In this document: one piece after another, positions 27,585 to 41,603 of the stretch
Numbering within the stretch: the stretch's first letter is position 1
Layout: the number at the start of each line of letters is the position of its first letter
From: Eledone cirrhosa
Lineage: Eukaryota
Direction of reading: 5' to 3'
Length of the DNA stretch: 64,000 nucleotides
NCBI GenBank assembly: GCA_964016885.1
Contig: OZ024741.1
Span: 102,610,001 to 102,674,000, forward strand
Notes under the pieces: generated by a model
Database searches by the model: none
The model's input: only the letters and a program-made list of their open reading frames with translations
What the model was told of the DNA's origin: nothing
Made by a program: the position numbers and the translations under genes

Positions 27585-28996
27585 ATCCCCCCCCTCCTTA
27601 TCACACCGGTACATATATACACGCGCTCACACTAAGCACACACCCTATTACCACCACTAACCCTCACTCCCACACATCCACCCCACCACCCCGCAACTAA
27701 CATCACTAACACCTCCTGACCCCAAACACACGAATACACACACCCACTTACACCACCCACTCTACACGCAACTAACATCACTAACACCCACTCTACACGC
27801 AACTAACATCACTAACACCCCCCACCCCTACGCACACGAATACACACACCCTCTTACACCACCCACTCTACACACCCTACCACCACTGACCCCCACTCAC
27901 ACCCGCATTCAACCCTTTCTGCACCTCCAGTATACTAACACCCACTAACACCCCCTTTACCACACACACACACCAGTACACTACACTTCCTCCATCGTCC
28001 CCCACACCCTTCTCTCCCCGCTCCATCCACACCCTTTCTCAAACACTCCCACATCCCACTAACACCACTACTAATACACACACACACCCTCATCACTCCA
28101 ACTTTCACACCTACCCATCCTCTCCCCTGTCCACCGCACCTCCGCACACACTGACACACCTTCACTTACCATTCTACCCTACTGCTGCTATGCCTCTCTG
28201 ACCACCTCCCCGCACACACAGACACACAACCCTCCTCCTGCCTTGACCCTCTGACCACTTCCTGTTGCGCGCGCACCCAACATATCCCCTCTTCCGACCA
28301 ATCTCTTCACGGATTACACATATGTGAACCTCGATCCCGAGAATCTACCGCATCCCAGGAATTTACTCAGCATTCCACCACATCTTTTTACGGAATTACC
28401 TTTACAACTCACCCCAGACACACACCTCCAAAAAATTTTTTTTCCCACACGCCACCTACATCCACAACACGCATAAACACCACACACACACGTACGTACC
28501 ACCACATATTTACACATTCAGCCTCCGGAATCCTCTCCCCCCACCCCTCTATCCACACACGCACACACACTCCGACCTACACCCCACCCCACACACATGC
28601 AACCCCGTTCTTCCCCCAACCCTTGCTTTCACATACACACACACACACCACCTTCAGCCCTCCCGCTCGGACACGCCGTCTCTCTCTCCCCACTCCACCC
28701 GCCACCATCCCTACACGCCCCACACCCTTCCACCACCTGTTTTACCCCATTTTAATTTTATTTTGATCATGCCTTTATTTTTAATTTCATTTGCACCGTT
28801 TCCTCTCACCCCATTTTTGCTATATGTCTCTCCACCACTCCCCTACACACCCTTTGAACTCTCTTCCCACACACTTTTCACCTGAAGAAGGGCTTATGTC
28901 CGAAACGTCGTTCCCCACCACCACCCCACTCTCAAGAGCGTGAAATTAATAAACCTTTGTTCGTACTGCCTCTCTGTTTTGTTCCCGTTCAATTTT

Positions 28997-29000
<4 letters not shown>
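27585..29000 (+). mobile_element. Decayed Penelope-like 3' region (C/A-rich) ending in an HHR
   Basis: Strand-biased C/A-rich body with short tandem repeats, then HHR, aataaa and (TA)n. Confidence 0.55.
28879..28912 (+). ncRNA. Minimal Penelope-type HHR
   Basis: ac CTGAAGA agggc-ttat-gtcc GAAA cgtc gt; GUC triplet with a palindromic acgt stem III. Confidence 0.75.
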
Positions 29001-29055
<55 letters not shown>

Positions 29056-29262
29056 CTACATACATACATACATATATGCATACATTTATATTTAAGTGTG
29101 TAAGGATGTTGATATGATCTATGTCTTCTTTTTGGGGGGTAAGGAGAATATTTTTGTCACCAGATTTTATTACCTAGGGAGATTAAATACCACACTTCTG
29201 GCTGAAAACTGACCGGGTTCTCAACCTCATCAATAACTAACGCCGGCCTGTGTATATATATA

Positions 29263-29853
29263 TGCTACTGGTAACATGTATCCCAGTACAACCTGTCTCA
29301 TGGTCGGGTCGTTGGCGACTAAACTGGCAACCCCACCAAGGTTGCTTGGTGAGGAGGGTGACTTTGGACATCCTGCAGGACTAAAAACAAAACCTGTCAA
29401 AGGGCAAAGGAGCTCTTAAGAGTCAATGGCCATCCAAAATCACCGGGAGAGATGACCCCTTAGCCTTTGTCGAGGCAGAATTCTAGGAGAAGGAAAACTC
29501 TGATATAACACCTGCAACTCTGATGGTATCCAATGATGTTGACTTGTTCTTCTTTTTGGTAAATATCATCTTGGTTAAGAGAGTGGGACTGGCTTTGTGC
29601 AGTGCCTTTGCTCACTATAAAAGCTTCACGGCACAGGCATTGCTTTATATCTGGAGATCTCTCTGCACTTGTCGTGACATGGTACCATGGGCCCAGCACT
29701 ATGTGTCAATAATTGTCACAAGTGTAGTGTTTGTACCCGAGTTTTCAAGTCGCTGGCTGGACTGAAAAGTCACACTCGTTTAGCGCATCAGTAGGGGTTC
29801 TCCTACATGGATATAAAGTAGTGGCCGTACTCGAAAACGAGTTGGCAGCCACC
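29263..29853 (+). mobile_element. ~590-bp non-autonomous RTE-derived (SINE-like) element, apparently full length
   Basis: TA on both sides; contains ctaggagaaggaaaactctga, which I recognise from RTE 5' UTRs; no RT coding; three copies in the window. Confidence 0.65.
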
Positions 29854-30022
29854 ATATATATATATGTGTGTGTGTGTGTATGTATGTGTATATATATGTG
29901 TGTGTGTATGTATGTATTGATGTATGTGTGTGTATGTTCAACACCATTGCTTCTTCTTGTCATTTCTGTTGAAGGAGTCCTTACTTTCATTCTCTTTGAT
30001 TTCTTTTGATTTTCTTTTATCA

Positions 30023-30281
30023 CCCTAGGGAATTCGTTGATAAGCTTCTTTTATTTATTTTCTTCCTTCTCTTCATTCAAATCACTGACTGTCTAAGAGA
30101 CGTGCAAATATGACTTATAAAACTTACCAAACTAAAGGGGCTTCTAGCGCCCTCAAAGTTTCAAACGCCCCCTTACTGGATAACGCCCCTCTAACGCCCC
30201 TTTACTGCATAACGCCTCCCTGGAGCTACGAAATGTTCCCTTGGGGGCATATGCCCCCCGTTGAGAACCTTTACCCTAGGG
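30023..30281. mobile_element. Possible hAT-type MITE remnant
   Basis: ccctaggg at both ends (possible 8-bp TSD); subterminal ggggcatatgcccc hairpin and gttgagaacc; the left TIR is not evident. Confidence 0.4.
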
Positions 30282-30454
30282 GATCAAAAAGTTGAATTTT
30301 TTATGTGCATAGCACTCCCTGAAACATAACGCGGGTCGCCAACAGACCTAATCGTTAGCCTCGGCGCTATTTGAACTCAGAAAGTAGAGAACCGAAACGA
30401 AAATGGCAAAACATTCTATCGACGTTCTAATGATTCTGGTAATTCTTCACCTAC

Positions 30455-30995
30455 TAACACAACAACGGCAATAACAAAAATAACAACCACGACAACAATA
30501 CTAACGATGACAACAACAACAGTCACATTAACAACCGTAACAACAACCACAATAACACAAGATCAACGACAGTCATGGCATCAATCACCACAGGATCAAC
30601 CGCATCAACAACAATAAGAAGAACAACACTATCGACAGGAATAGTATCACCATGCTGCTTTTTGGTTTCGTTCTATTATTTTGGTTTGATGTAAGAAGAA
30701 TAACTTGAAATGAAATGTAAGGATAATAACAACAACAGCAACAAAAACAGCAGCAACCACAGCAACAGCAGCAAAAATAACAACTACAGCAACAATAACA
30801 ACCACAGCAAAATTAACCACCACAATAACATAAACAACAGACACAAGAACAAAAATAACAACTACAACATCAAGAAAAATAACAACCAGTACTACCACCA
30901 CAACAACAATCTCAGTAGCAACGAGAACGTCAGCAACAATAACAAGCCCGATCACAACAGCAACAATAACAACAACAGCAACAGCAACAACTACA
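30455..30995. repeat. Degenerate (AAC)n low-complexity tract
   Basis: Direct; a complementary (GTT)-rich tract lies at ~320-740. Confidence 0.85.
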
Positions 30996-31240
30996 TGAAA
31001 AACACCGACACGCTTGTCACGTGTTTCGTTGTAATTTTCGTATAAATCCCTTTCTGTTCTGTTGGATGTAATATAGTTTTACAATTTATTGTATCATATC
31101 TTTGTTTGAATAACAATTAAATTGGATTGGGTGTGTGGTTGGGTGGGGTTGTGAATAGGGAGATTGGGGTAGGTATTTTATTGAGGGCTGTGTGTGGTGT
31201 GTTGGTTGGTTGCGGTGTAGCCTCTTCATCTTGTAGGGTA

Positions 31241-31430
31241 CCGACCTGTCAACTCTCCCCGTCCGAAAAAGAGATCACCCACACACCTTGGGGTGGGTGA
31301 GAGATCTCTTCTCTTGTGAAAATGGGTATAGCATTATGTAAAATCTCTCCATTTTGCCTCATTTCTTCCCGTCTTGGGGCACTTTTTTTCATGATACTCC
31401 CGTTTGGGTTTTTAGAGGTTGGCAGGTCTG
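31241..31430. mobile_element. ~190-bp MITE
   Basis: TIRs c(c)gacctgtcaac..gttggcaggtctg; second copy at 38789. Confidence 0.75.
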
Positions 31431-32131
31431 AGAGTATGTGTGACAGGTACTTCATTGAGTGAAGGTTTAAATGGAGAGGATGGGACAGGCACGTCATTGA
31501 GTTGAATATGTGTAGATGAGAGATTGAGGTAGGCACTTCATCTAATAAGGTGTATTTCGGATACTTCCTTGAATGTGGGGGGGGGGTTAGAAAGGATTGT
31601 TGTTGTTTCATTCAGTAGAGTGTGTACTTCCTGGCATGGGTGCATGTGTGAGTGGAGAGGTACTTCACTGTGTTGGTTGTGTGGGTGTAGATATTTCATT
31701 GAGTACAGTGTGTATGTGTGAGGATATAGGGATATATACTTCTTTCAGTAGAGGGAATGTGAGTGGGGTTTTGCATGGGTGGGGAGAATAAGTAGTTATT
31801 TGAGTTGTATGTCTGTGTATGTGTGGGTACTTAATTGAATGTAGTGTCTCGCGGTGAGGTACTTTAATGAGTGGAACTTGAGTTGAAGACTAGGTATGTA
31901 CTGCATTGAGTGATGTGTTTGTTTTGGGAGAGAGACACTTCTTTGAATATGGAATTTTTCCTTTCACTGAGGGGTCTCTTGAAAGGCTGATAGCCTCACG
32001 GCCCTGATGCAGTTTAGATGCACTCTGGATACATACCCGTCAGAGAACTTTGAAGGAACAATTATGCATATTTTGTCTATTTTCTCTTCACAATTATAAT
32101 TGTTATGCATATATGTATGTGTATATGTATG

Positions 32132-32228
<97 letters not shown>

Positions 32229-32231
32229 GTT

Positions 32232-32280
<49 letters not shown>

Positions 32281-32442
32281 ACGAGGTTTTGCAGTTTCCG
32301 TCTCTCAATTTTCACTCAGAAATCATCGGTCAACCAAGTCTATAGTAAAATACGCTTCCAAAAGGTGTCGCTCACTGTGACTGAACCCGATGTCACTTGG
32401 TTGTAGAATAGACATTTAAGCCATGTAGCCATGTTTGCACCT

Positions 32443-32487
<45 letters not shown>

Positions 32488-33058
32488 GATTTATTTTTTA
32501 AGTAGGAAAGAGGCAGGGACTTTGAAATTTTACCTTTATCGCTTCATCTATCATGTATCACCTTTGTCTTATTTATATTCCACCAGTGTATTTAGAAATA
32601 GTAGTGTGATGCATTTATATGATCGTATCTAGTACTCATTATAGTTTACTAAAGTACCAGTAATGCACTGGGTAATTGCAGGCCTTGTGCCTAAAGTAGA
32701 AACAATTATAGTTTACATTTATTATACTCCCAGATTTACAACGCATTTCCTCTTCTACCCAAATACTGGCAAGTTGATATGGGCGTAATCATATGACTTG
32801 GTGGAGCGGGTGGTATTTTATATGTATTACTCATCTGTACTGTACTACGTAACTTATACATATTTTTTTTTAATGAATTATTATGCGTATTTAATCATGT
32901 TTTTGTCTCTTTGCATTGATGATGATGTGTGCACATATGTTCGGGCGTAGGAATACTTGAATTGAATTGCAATATATCACTAATAGTATGACGTCTCTCC
33001 ACCCTCCTCTCTCTCTGTATGTATATATATATATATATATGAACTAACTGTCGTGGAA

Positions 33059-33143
<85 letters not shown>

Positions 33144-33477
33144 TACACATGGCGAGAAGCAAAAGTCGATACAACTATTTACAAATGTTGAATATGACCA
33201 TTAGCTATTTCCAGATAAAGTAAAATATATTTTAACTCTACATAGAACATTCAGCCCTAGTGCAGAATGTAAGAATCGAACAATACCCTGATGCCTTATT
33301 GACATTATATTTACTCTCTGTAAATGCCTCCGTTAAAGTTACCAGTAGAATCGATTCTATTTTTCTGAATATTGAATATATCAATTGGTAAGGCAGAACA
33401 TCTCCAGTAAAGCAAACTATTTATTATATTCTTACGTACAGCATTTTTCACTTAGCTACATTAGTAATATAAATAAT

Positions 33478-33660
33478 AATTGTTTCTACTTTTAGCACAA
33501 GGCCAGCAATTACCCCAGTGCCTTACTGGTACTTTATTTTATCGACCCCATAAGGATGAAAGGCAAAGTTGACCTCGGCGGGATTTGAACTCAGATCGTA
33601 AAGGGACGTAACTATGCTGGAAAGCATGGCGTCCGACCCTCTACCGATACTGCCAATCCA
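33478..33660 (-). mobile_element. tRNA-derived SINE
   Basis: Minus strand has A box tggcagtatcggtagag, B box gagttcaaatcc, central gcctttcatcct..ggggtcgataaa and an (AAT)-like tail. Confidence 0.85.
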
Positions 33661-33948
33661 ATAGAACAGCATCGTGGTTGCTGATTATTTGACGTTCTGT
33701 GAAAGTAAATAGTTTTATTATTCAAATATGTCCATTAGTAACGCCAGTATCTTTTAGAAAAGCAACATACATATATTTCTTCCGAAAACATTCTGCCCAT
33801 AAAATTTATACAAAACTTCGCACTGGATTATTTGCAACCGTACTCACTATCTTAATATTCGTTTTAGCAACAGCTTAACCTGGCCTTCGAAAATGTGTGT
33901 GTGTCTCTGTGTGTGTGTGTGCGTGTGTGTGCAGAGATAGATAGATAT

Positions 33949-34044
<96 letters not shown>

Positions 34045-34149
34045 TAATTTAACATATGTTTATTTTCGTTACATGTAGTTCACTATATACATATACATAA
34101 CTGTGGCTACCCAGATTGAACCCGGGATGCACAACCCCCCCCCCCCACA

Positions 34150-34214
<65 letters not shown>

Positions 34215-34306
34215 ATAATAATAAATTTGAAGACTAAAATCCAAAGAGGGCTCGATAAGGATAAATATATATCAAATATATAAGAACTGTAGAGCAGATA
34301 TTTATT

Positions 34307-34423
34307 AAAATAACAGATTAAAGGTTAAGTAAAGAATCGCTGCTTTCACCTTAACGGGAGTTTCAGAAGATCCCGTTAAGGGTGAAAGCACTGATTCTTT
34401 GCTTAAACTTTAATCTGTTATTT
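34307..34423. repeat. Hairpin built from an HHR-like end
   Basis: Arms aataacagattaaag..tttcaccttaacggga / tcccgttaagggtgaaa..ctttaatctgttatt; core reads CAGAAGA (degenerate). Confidence 0.75.
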
Positions 34424-34425
34424 TT

Positions 34426-34536
<111 letters not shown>

Positions 34537-35904
34537 ATATATAATTAACTTAGGTTGTTTACCAATGGGTAGAACTGGTGGTTCTGGTTGGTAAAAGGGG
34601 ATTCAACAAATAAAAAAAAGGACTCAACGTCATCCAAGTCATCCATCGTAGATGTAGTATCCAGTGGTTGGTGCAGGAACGGAGTAAAGTATTCATTAAA
34701 ACAAACGGGGACCGTCTGATACCGATATAACACCATATTTGCAGTCGGTCCCCGAATCGAATCGAATTTTCTATTTTCTTTTCCCTTGTCTTCCATTATA
34801 TGTTTGGCTTCAACGTAATCCTGTTACATAATTGTGCAGATGACACCTGATGAGATCGCCCTGTCTTGCATCATAATCTAAATTTCTATTTAGGGCGTTA
34901 CAAATCAAACATGACGTGTCATTCTTTTATAAACTCAAATATATATAAATATGGTAACCTCCACTATTAAACGTGCATCGCAGATGCTTGTAATATTAAA
35001 GGTTGAGATTATTATCAAGATCTCTGTAGACATAATAATTAGCGTACATATAGCATCATATATATGTGAAGAAGAGTTTGAGCTGTGGTCATTCCTTATT
35101 TAATTTTGTAGCATACGTTCACCAGTGCGATGGAGTTTCTTCCTTTTCTGAAGTACCATGTAGTGGCTAATACATTTTTGCACCATGTTTCATCTAATGC
35201 CATTGTTGCGTTTTATTCTGTTGGAAGCTTCTTGGAGACGCAATTGAACATAACTTTCCTTCTATTCTCTTTTAATAACTCTTTTATTAAAAAGGATATT
35301 AGACCGGCTTACGATTGGATGAGGAGGCCCCGTTATTTAATCAAACGATCCTTGTTTTTGTTTTTTTTCAGTGGAGATTAACTAATCTATTCTTGTTATT
35401 GGTATTGTTAGCGGTCGTTTCATCTGTGATGGTAGTGGTGGAATCATTGTTTATGCTGTTCATGATGTTATTATAATCCGAATTGTTCAAATTTTTATTT
35501 TTACCGTCTAAATATTATTACGTGTGACTTGCTCTCAAATTACATTCGTTCTGATATTTCTTTTTTTTCCAATTATTTTAACTTTTTATAGAGTGGCACT
35601 TCCTCTCACGAGAAGCCAACCTGAGTTGGTTAACATCCAATATGGTCAATAAGAAGAGACTTTGTCCTCAATGAAATAATATTGTTTTCAGTCGTACTTG
35701 ACAAAGAATCCACATTCTAGGAGCGTGATTAAGAAAACGTATTTGCTCACAGCATCAACAAACGACAACGATTAGAATAATAACTTGCATAGTACTCGGT
35801 TTATAGTAAATAAAATATTTAATTAATAATACCGTAATTACAACATTTTATGTAAAGATGCTTGAGCCGTCGATTTTCCTTCTTGTTGCCGTATTTTCTA
35901 AAAT

Positions 35905-36100
35905 CTAAAGTCTGTATCGAGGTCGGAGGCTCATCAGGCCGGAGTTTATGCCGGCTTCAGAGCCGGAATGCGACTGAGAGTACAAATCTCCCCACTGAAC
36001 AGGACGCCAATCCAACGCAGGGTGAAACTCTCAGCTATTGCTGGTACTCATTCTCAGTTGAGTAGACTGGAGCAACATGAAATAAAGCAAAACACTTCAT
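35905..36100 (-). mobile_element. SINE fragment of a second family
   Basis: gcgactgagagtac..ggacgccaatcca..gctggtactcatt..gactggagcaac resembles antisense invertebrate SINE core/tail sequence. Confidence 0.5.
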
Positions 36101-36757
36101 TTTACGTTGTTCCAGTATACTCAGCTGACAATGTGTGCCAGCAATAGATGGGGTTTATCCCTTGTTTTACTATCATCTATATCATTTTCAATCATTTTCT
36201 GCCATATTTTCTTTACTAAATTACGATGATGTTGTTCTATCTAATCTATCTTAACTTTCTTTTTTCTTTGTCGGAATACTATTGGGATTTGTGGTTTGTC
36301 GTTAAATTTTATTCTTTTCAAAAACAGAAACATCTGTCAAGCAGAGTGACATATTAAGAGGTGGTTATGTTGGTAAATATGCAGGTGAGTAGATTAACAG
36401 GCATGCAGGTAGACAGTTATGTAGATAGATAGCTAGGCAGACAGAGCGTTAGGCGGATAGGAAGTTAAACACCGACAGATGACTAGACAAATAGTTAGAG
36501 ACAGACAGATAGATAGATAGTCAAATAGAAAGGTAGATACTCGGATAGGTTGGTAGGAAGGTAGATAGCTAAAGATAGCAGCAGTTGACCACTGACATGC
36601 TTGTTAAAACTGTGAGAGAAAGATAGGAACGGAGGAAGATTTCAAATTGCAGTTAGCGTAACGTGGTTGTCTTGTAACCCTTGTATTTTCTTATATGATG
36701 ATGATGATAATGTACTATTATGCGTCAAAATAGGGATCAACATTAATTAATGATAAT

Positions 36758-37312
36758 AATTGTTTCTACTTTAGGCACAAGGCTAGCAATTACCCAGCAC
36801 ATTACTGGTACTTTATTTTATCGACCCCGTAAGGATGAAAGGCAAAGTTAACCTCGGCGGGATTTGAACTCAGATCATAAAGGGACGTAACTCTATGCTA
36901 GAAAGCATGTCGTCCAACCCTCTACCGATACTGCCAATCAACCACCCTTAATTAATGATAATAATTGTTTCTACTTTAGGCACAAGGCCAGCAATTACCC
37001 AATACATTACTGGTACTTTATTTTATCGACCCCGTAAGGATGAAAGGCAAAGTTAACCTCGGCGGGATTTGAACTCAGATCATAAAGGGACGTAACTATG
37101 CTGGAAAGCATGGCGTCCGACTCTCTACTGATACTGCCAATCCACATGATTTCTGATATAGGCAACAGGCCAACAATTTGGGAGAAAACAGATTAGCTGA
37201 ATCGATTCTAGTACCGGAATGATGGAAGGCAAAGTTGATTTCGGTGGAATTTGAACTCGAGTCGTGCTGAAACTAATATGTCCGACGCGCTAACGATTCT
37301 ACTAATCCACCA
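36758..37312 (-). mobile_element. Three tandem tRNA-SINE copies
   Basis: ~190-bp units at 36758, 36963 and a degenerate one at 37148; same family as 33478. Confidence 0.85.
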
Positions 37313-37494
37313 CTTTTAAAAATGATCAAGTAATACAAAAGTAGGCAAACATTCCATAATATTCGATAAGGAAAATATGAGACTTACAATATTATATGAC
37401 ATTCAGAATAACAATGAAAAATATAACAATAAATAAAATGGAACAATGTCGATAAACATAATAGAGAAGTCAGTATATGGGGTAAAATTATATG

Positions 37495-38062
37495 GTTATC
37501 GTTAGACAGTCGGACGCCATGCTTTGCAGCATAGAGTTACGCCCCTTTATGGTCTGAGTACAAATTCCGCCGAGGTTAATTTTGCCTTTCATCCTTACGG
37601 GGTCGATAAAATAAAGTACCAGTAATGCACTGGAATAATTGCTGGCCTTGTGCCAAAAGCAGAAATAATTATTAAGGGCGGTAGTTTGACAGTATCGGTA
37701 GAGCGTCAGACACTATGCTTTTCAGCATAGAGTTATAGCCCTTTACGTTCTGAGTTCAAATCCCACTGAAGTTAGCTTTGCCTTACATCTTTACGGGGTC
37801 GATAAAATAAAGTACCAGTAATGCACTGCGGTAATTGCTGACCTTGTGCGAAAAGTAGAAATGTTACCTAGGGCGGTGGATTGGCAGTTTCGGTAGAGGG
37901 TCGGACGCCTTGCTTTGCAGCATAGAATTACGGCCCTTTACGGTCTGAGTTCAAATCCCGCCGAGGTTAACTTTGCCTTTCATCCTTGGAGGATCGATAA
38001 AATAAAGTACCAGTAATGCACTGGGATAATTGCTGGCCTTGTTCCAAAATTAGAAACAATTA
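37495..38062 (+). mobile_element. Three tandem tRNA-SINE copies, opposite orientation
   Basis: Units at 37495, 37674 and 37870 with A/B boxes; further degenerate pieces at 38460-38657. Confidence 0.85.
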
Positions 38063-38788
38063 TCAATTTTTAACATCCTCTGCCACATGAAACCGCATTA
38101 GAAAGACATTGTTGAAAAATCTAAAACAACACTATCTATCAATCAAAATAAAAATTATTAGTCTTTATTCTAATACTGCAAATTTTCACAGTGCAAATAT
38201 GATACAAACAAGTAAATATAAACATTTGAATTAACAAGCATCTTTTAGATATTTTCTGCTAAATCCTTCAGGGATGTTAAGAGAATCAAATATTACTTTT
38301 GAAACATAGTAAAAGTGATTATTCTTTAAGAAATTACATATATAGAGCTGAAGTTATTACCATGAAAATAAAATTGAAAGGATAATTAATAGTTATGTGT
38401 AATTGAATATCGACGCCTCTATTTTTCTTTCTCTCTGACTTCTTTTTATTGATTTGTTTCTGTTGAAACTGTCGTTAGAGAGTCGGATTAAACTACTCAG
38501 TATTTTTCTGGCTCACTATGCTCTACATTTAAATTCCACAGAGATCAAAGTACTTTTTATGCTTCCGTAGTCGATAAATAAAAAGCCTATCCAAGGGCAG
38601 TGGATTGAGAGAATTGGTAATAAATCCGTATCTGGCTTTCTGAGTTCAAATCCCGCCCCCTTCTGTCAAGAGGTAGGATCCACAGATTGTAGAAGCAATG
38701 AATGGAAGGACAAATGGATACATAGTTTCCTAGGTCCGATCTGAAAATCAGTTACTCTTTTTTTCTCTTTTGTTTTGTATATGACATT

Positions 38789-38983
38789 CAGACCTGTCAA
38801 GTCTCCACATCCGACGAGGAGATCTCCCGCCCACTTTGGGATGGGTGAGAGATGTCTTTTCTTGTGAAAATGGATATAGCTTTCATTATGTAAAATCTCC
38901 TCATTTTGCTTCATTTTTCCCCGTTTTGGGGTACTTTTTTTCATGGTACTCCCCGTTTGGGTTTTTAGGGGTTGGCAGGTCTG
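38789..38983. mobile_element. ~195-bp MITE
   Basis: TIRs cagacctgtcaa..ttggcaggtctg; flanks gacatt/gatatt. Confidence 0.75.
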
Positions 38984-39980
38984 GATATTTATTACTATAT
39001 AACTAGTATCTATATGTACAATAAAAATCTCCGTTTACATTATCGGTAATAAGCAGTGTTTATACGAATAAAAACTAATTTCAATCGTTAACATTTGACA
39101 TACTGATTGTCTATATATTTCGGTATGTACATTATGTAGTTAAATTCATTTCAGTTATTTTTATTATCATGTATATATTTCTATTCGCTGTCAATAATTC
39201 TACTCTACATACATTGTTCTTATGTTTGTGTAAATATTTTATCAACTATGTGCCTTCTGTATTCACATATGTTTTCAATTTTCGTTTTTAACTTTTACGT
39301 TTTAACTGTTTGTTTCCTCATTCACTTGTGTCGTCCTTATTGCCTATATATATGTGCCCGTGTGTGTGTATATATACATGTATTTATTAAATGTTTGCAT
39401 CTATATATGTATTTAAATGTAAGTATGCACGTATGTATTTATGTAATATTTCTAAATATACACCATAACTGAAGGATCTATATTATGGAAGATTTTTATG
39501 TTTCGGTCAAGTAGGAATCTGATAATAAAAAGATCCACTATAAACCTAAATAATCACTTTATGAAACTCTTTATATTTGAAGCCGCATCAAGAATAAAAC
39601 ATTTCTAAAACATTTGTATGATAAATAGGTTTAGGAGGAAAGTTGCACAAAACTCTAAGTGCATATATATTAGATAAGAAAACGTTGAAAACATTAGAAT
39701 TGAACAATGGGGGAATATGATGTGAATTCTGTACGATGACAGTGATGGTTTCTTTGAAATACTGGAGAAAAATACTAAACCTCAAGTAGATTTAAATGTT
39801 GTGAGGTCAACAGAGTTCGCTTTGCAGCCACGTGATTTTCGGTTCAGACCGATAGCGTGGCATCTTCGTAAAATATCTTCTACTATAACCTAAAAGCTTC
39901 GGGTTGATCAATGCCTTGCGAGTGGAATTTAGTAAATGGAATTTCTCCATATATATATATGAGCAAAAATCACGAGCGCT

Positions 39981-40135
39981 CTATCTCAAAATTAATTTTG
40001 AAAAGCATTAGAAATGCGCAACCGGTAAAATCTTAAAACTAAAACTGAATACTAACTAATACTTATTACTAATTTATACTTATTCCTAATTAAACTATTT
40101 TTCACTGGGAAAAATTTGTCAGCATTTTCTTTTCC
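39981..40135 (+). mobile_element. Second copy of the 7443-7595 short element with variant HHR (39995-40030)
   Basis: tatctcaaaatt..ttgaaaagcattagaaatgcgcaaccggtaaa..tttgtcagcattttct. Confidence 0.7.
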
Positions 40136-40144
40136 TTTTTACTA

Positions 40145-40189
<45 letters not shown>

Positions 40190-40193
<4 letters not shown>

Positions 40194-40510
40194 ACGGAAA
40201 AAATGAAACGAAATTACATTTCTCACTCTTAGTACGGCTGTTACTTAAATATAAGTATGTATATGTACATACATATATATATACAGACGTACAGTAGTAT
40301 GTATATATATATATACATACATGCACACATATATATATATGTACGTATGGATTCACCGAAAATTTATTATAATGCTCGGTGTGTTTGTAAACAAACATCC
40401 CGAATTAAGCCGTACAGTGTCTAGCAACCATCGTTGCTCATTTGTTCAACACTGACAAAGGAACGCTGTACTAGTTTCAAGCTTATTAGCTATCGTCAGC
40501 AACGTATACC
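40190..40510 (-). mobile_element. Retrozyme-like family A partial copy; HHR at 40464-40504
   Basis: cgttg CTGACGA tagctaataagctt GAAA ctagta cagcg; stem I altered but still paired. Confidence 0.8.
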
Positions 40511-41603
40511 GTGACCGTTCACCGTCGAGAGCCGAGGCAGCCCGTCGAAGTATGCACTGAAGTCCATGCCCCGATCCGGGCCGCCGCCGCTCCCGAACAG
40601 TTCAGCAAAGTGCTGCTGAAAAGCTTCACACATCCGCTCGGGTTCGAGCATCACGCACCCGCTTTGGTCAAGCAAAGACCGAATTGTGGCATTGTTGCCA
40701 CGTCGCGCCTCTGCCACCCGGGCCCATTGAACGGCTTTTGTCCCCTCGTGTTTCAGAGCACGCGCTCTAGCTCTGACAACGCATCCTTCGTGTTTTGCGT
40801 TGAAGAATGGGTCGAGTGCCAATCTCGCCGCAAGCACGTCGGTTGCGATGCCTGTCCTAAACGCCTCTTCTAGCTTTCTGACTAGCTCTCCCTCTACTCT
40901 ATTTTTCTCTATCACTACTCCTTTGCTAAACCTAATCGACTCTACTTTAATTGCCCTTTTCACGGCGAATCACCACCTGTTGTTGACGTCCGCTCCCGTC
41001 AACGCCCGCTTATGAAGTCTGCCTATGTCGATCTCACAGATCACAAATTTGTGGTCTCTGTAGTCGACTATTTTAAATTGTGGACAACTTATACTAGCCT
41101 TATCTAGTTCTCTGCAGAATACCCTATCGAGATACGATCTGGATGACACGATGCGGTCATGTCCACATTGGCACATTCGGGTGATCCAGTCGATACCTGT
41201 CAGAGAGTTCAAAACGTCTGAGCAGTTTGGTGAGGCTATTGCACCCTCCTCCCTATCCACTAGCCCCACACAATCCCAGCGTGCATCCAAGATACCGTTC
41301 CAGTCACCCACTAACACTAAAGAGCGGGACGTTCCAAGAAAGGTCTCTAGACGTCTGGAGAAATCTGGCCGTCCTGCCCCTGTTGGGGCGTAGACGGCAA
41401 CTAGCCTGAAAGCATTGCCTTCTCTGCCGGTCACGTCCAGCACCACCGACTTACCTTCTGGGTCTAGGAAGATGGCCCGTGTGGCGAGATCCAAGCCTCT
41501 TCGAAAAAGGACGGCAACCCCTCCCCCCGATCCTGGACGGCTGGGAAATGCGTATACATCGTAGCCACTGAAGATCGGTGCGAATGCTTGTGCTTCGGAG
41601 ATT
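40511..41603 (-). mobile_element. L1/Tx1-clade LINE fragment (APE endonuclease + linker)
   Basis: GGVAVLF, DPEGKSVVLDV, RLVAVYAP, LVLVGDWN, SYLDRVF, DH; downstream GCVVRAR..EAFQQHFAELF..LPRLS. Confidence 0.8.

Noticed and set aside
30647-31045. Asn-rich and Val-rich ORFs (also Leu-rich 417..644)
   Set aside because: Degenerate AAC/GTT trinucleotide tracts with no domain or splice evidence.
31964-32001. HHR-like ctgagggg..GAAAggc..gccTC (also 50534-50566 and 8730-8822 minus)
   Set aside because: Core or stems too degraded to call; possible relics only.
34845-34880. CTGATGAG as an HHR core (also 5955-5962 minus and 54231)
   Set aside because: No downstream GAAA or closing stems.
34850-35900. 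Possible host exon in the less repetitive stretch
   Set aside because: Only short ORFs without recognisable motifs; small exons cannot be excluded without RNA data.
35920-35945. CTGATGAG on the minus strand as an HHR
   Set aside because: No GAAA or stem III at a suitable distance; part of a SINE tail.
36758-38062. tRNA genes or a CRISPR-like array
   Set aside because: A/B boxes belong to SINE heads with no cloverleaf; units are ~190 bp without unique spacers, and the DNA is eukaryotic.
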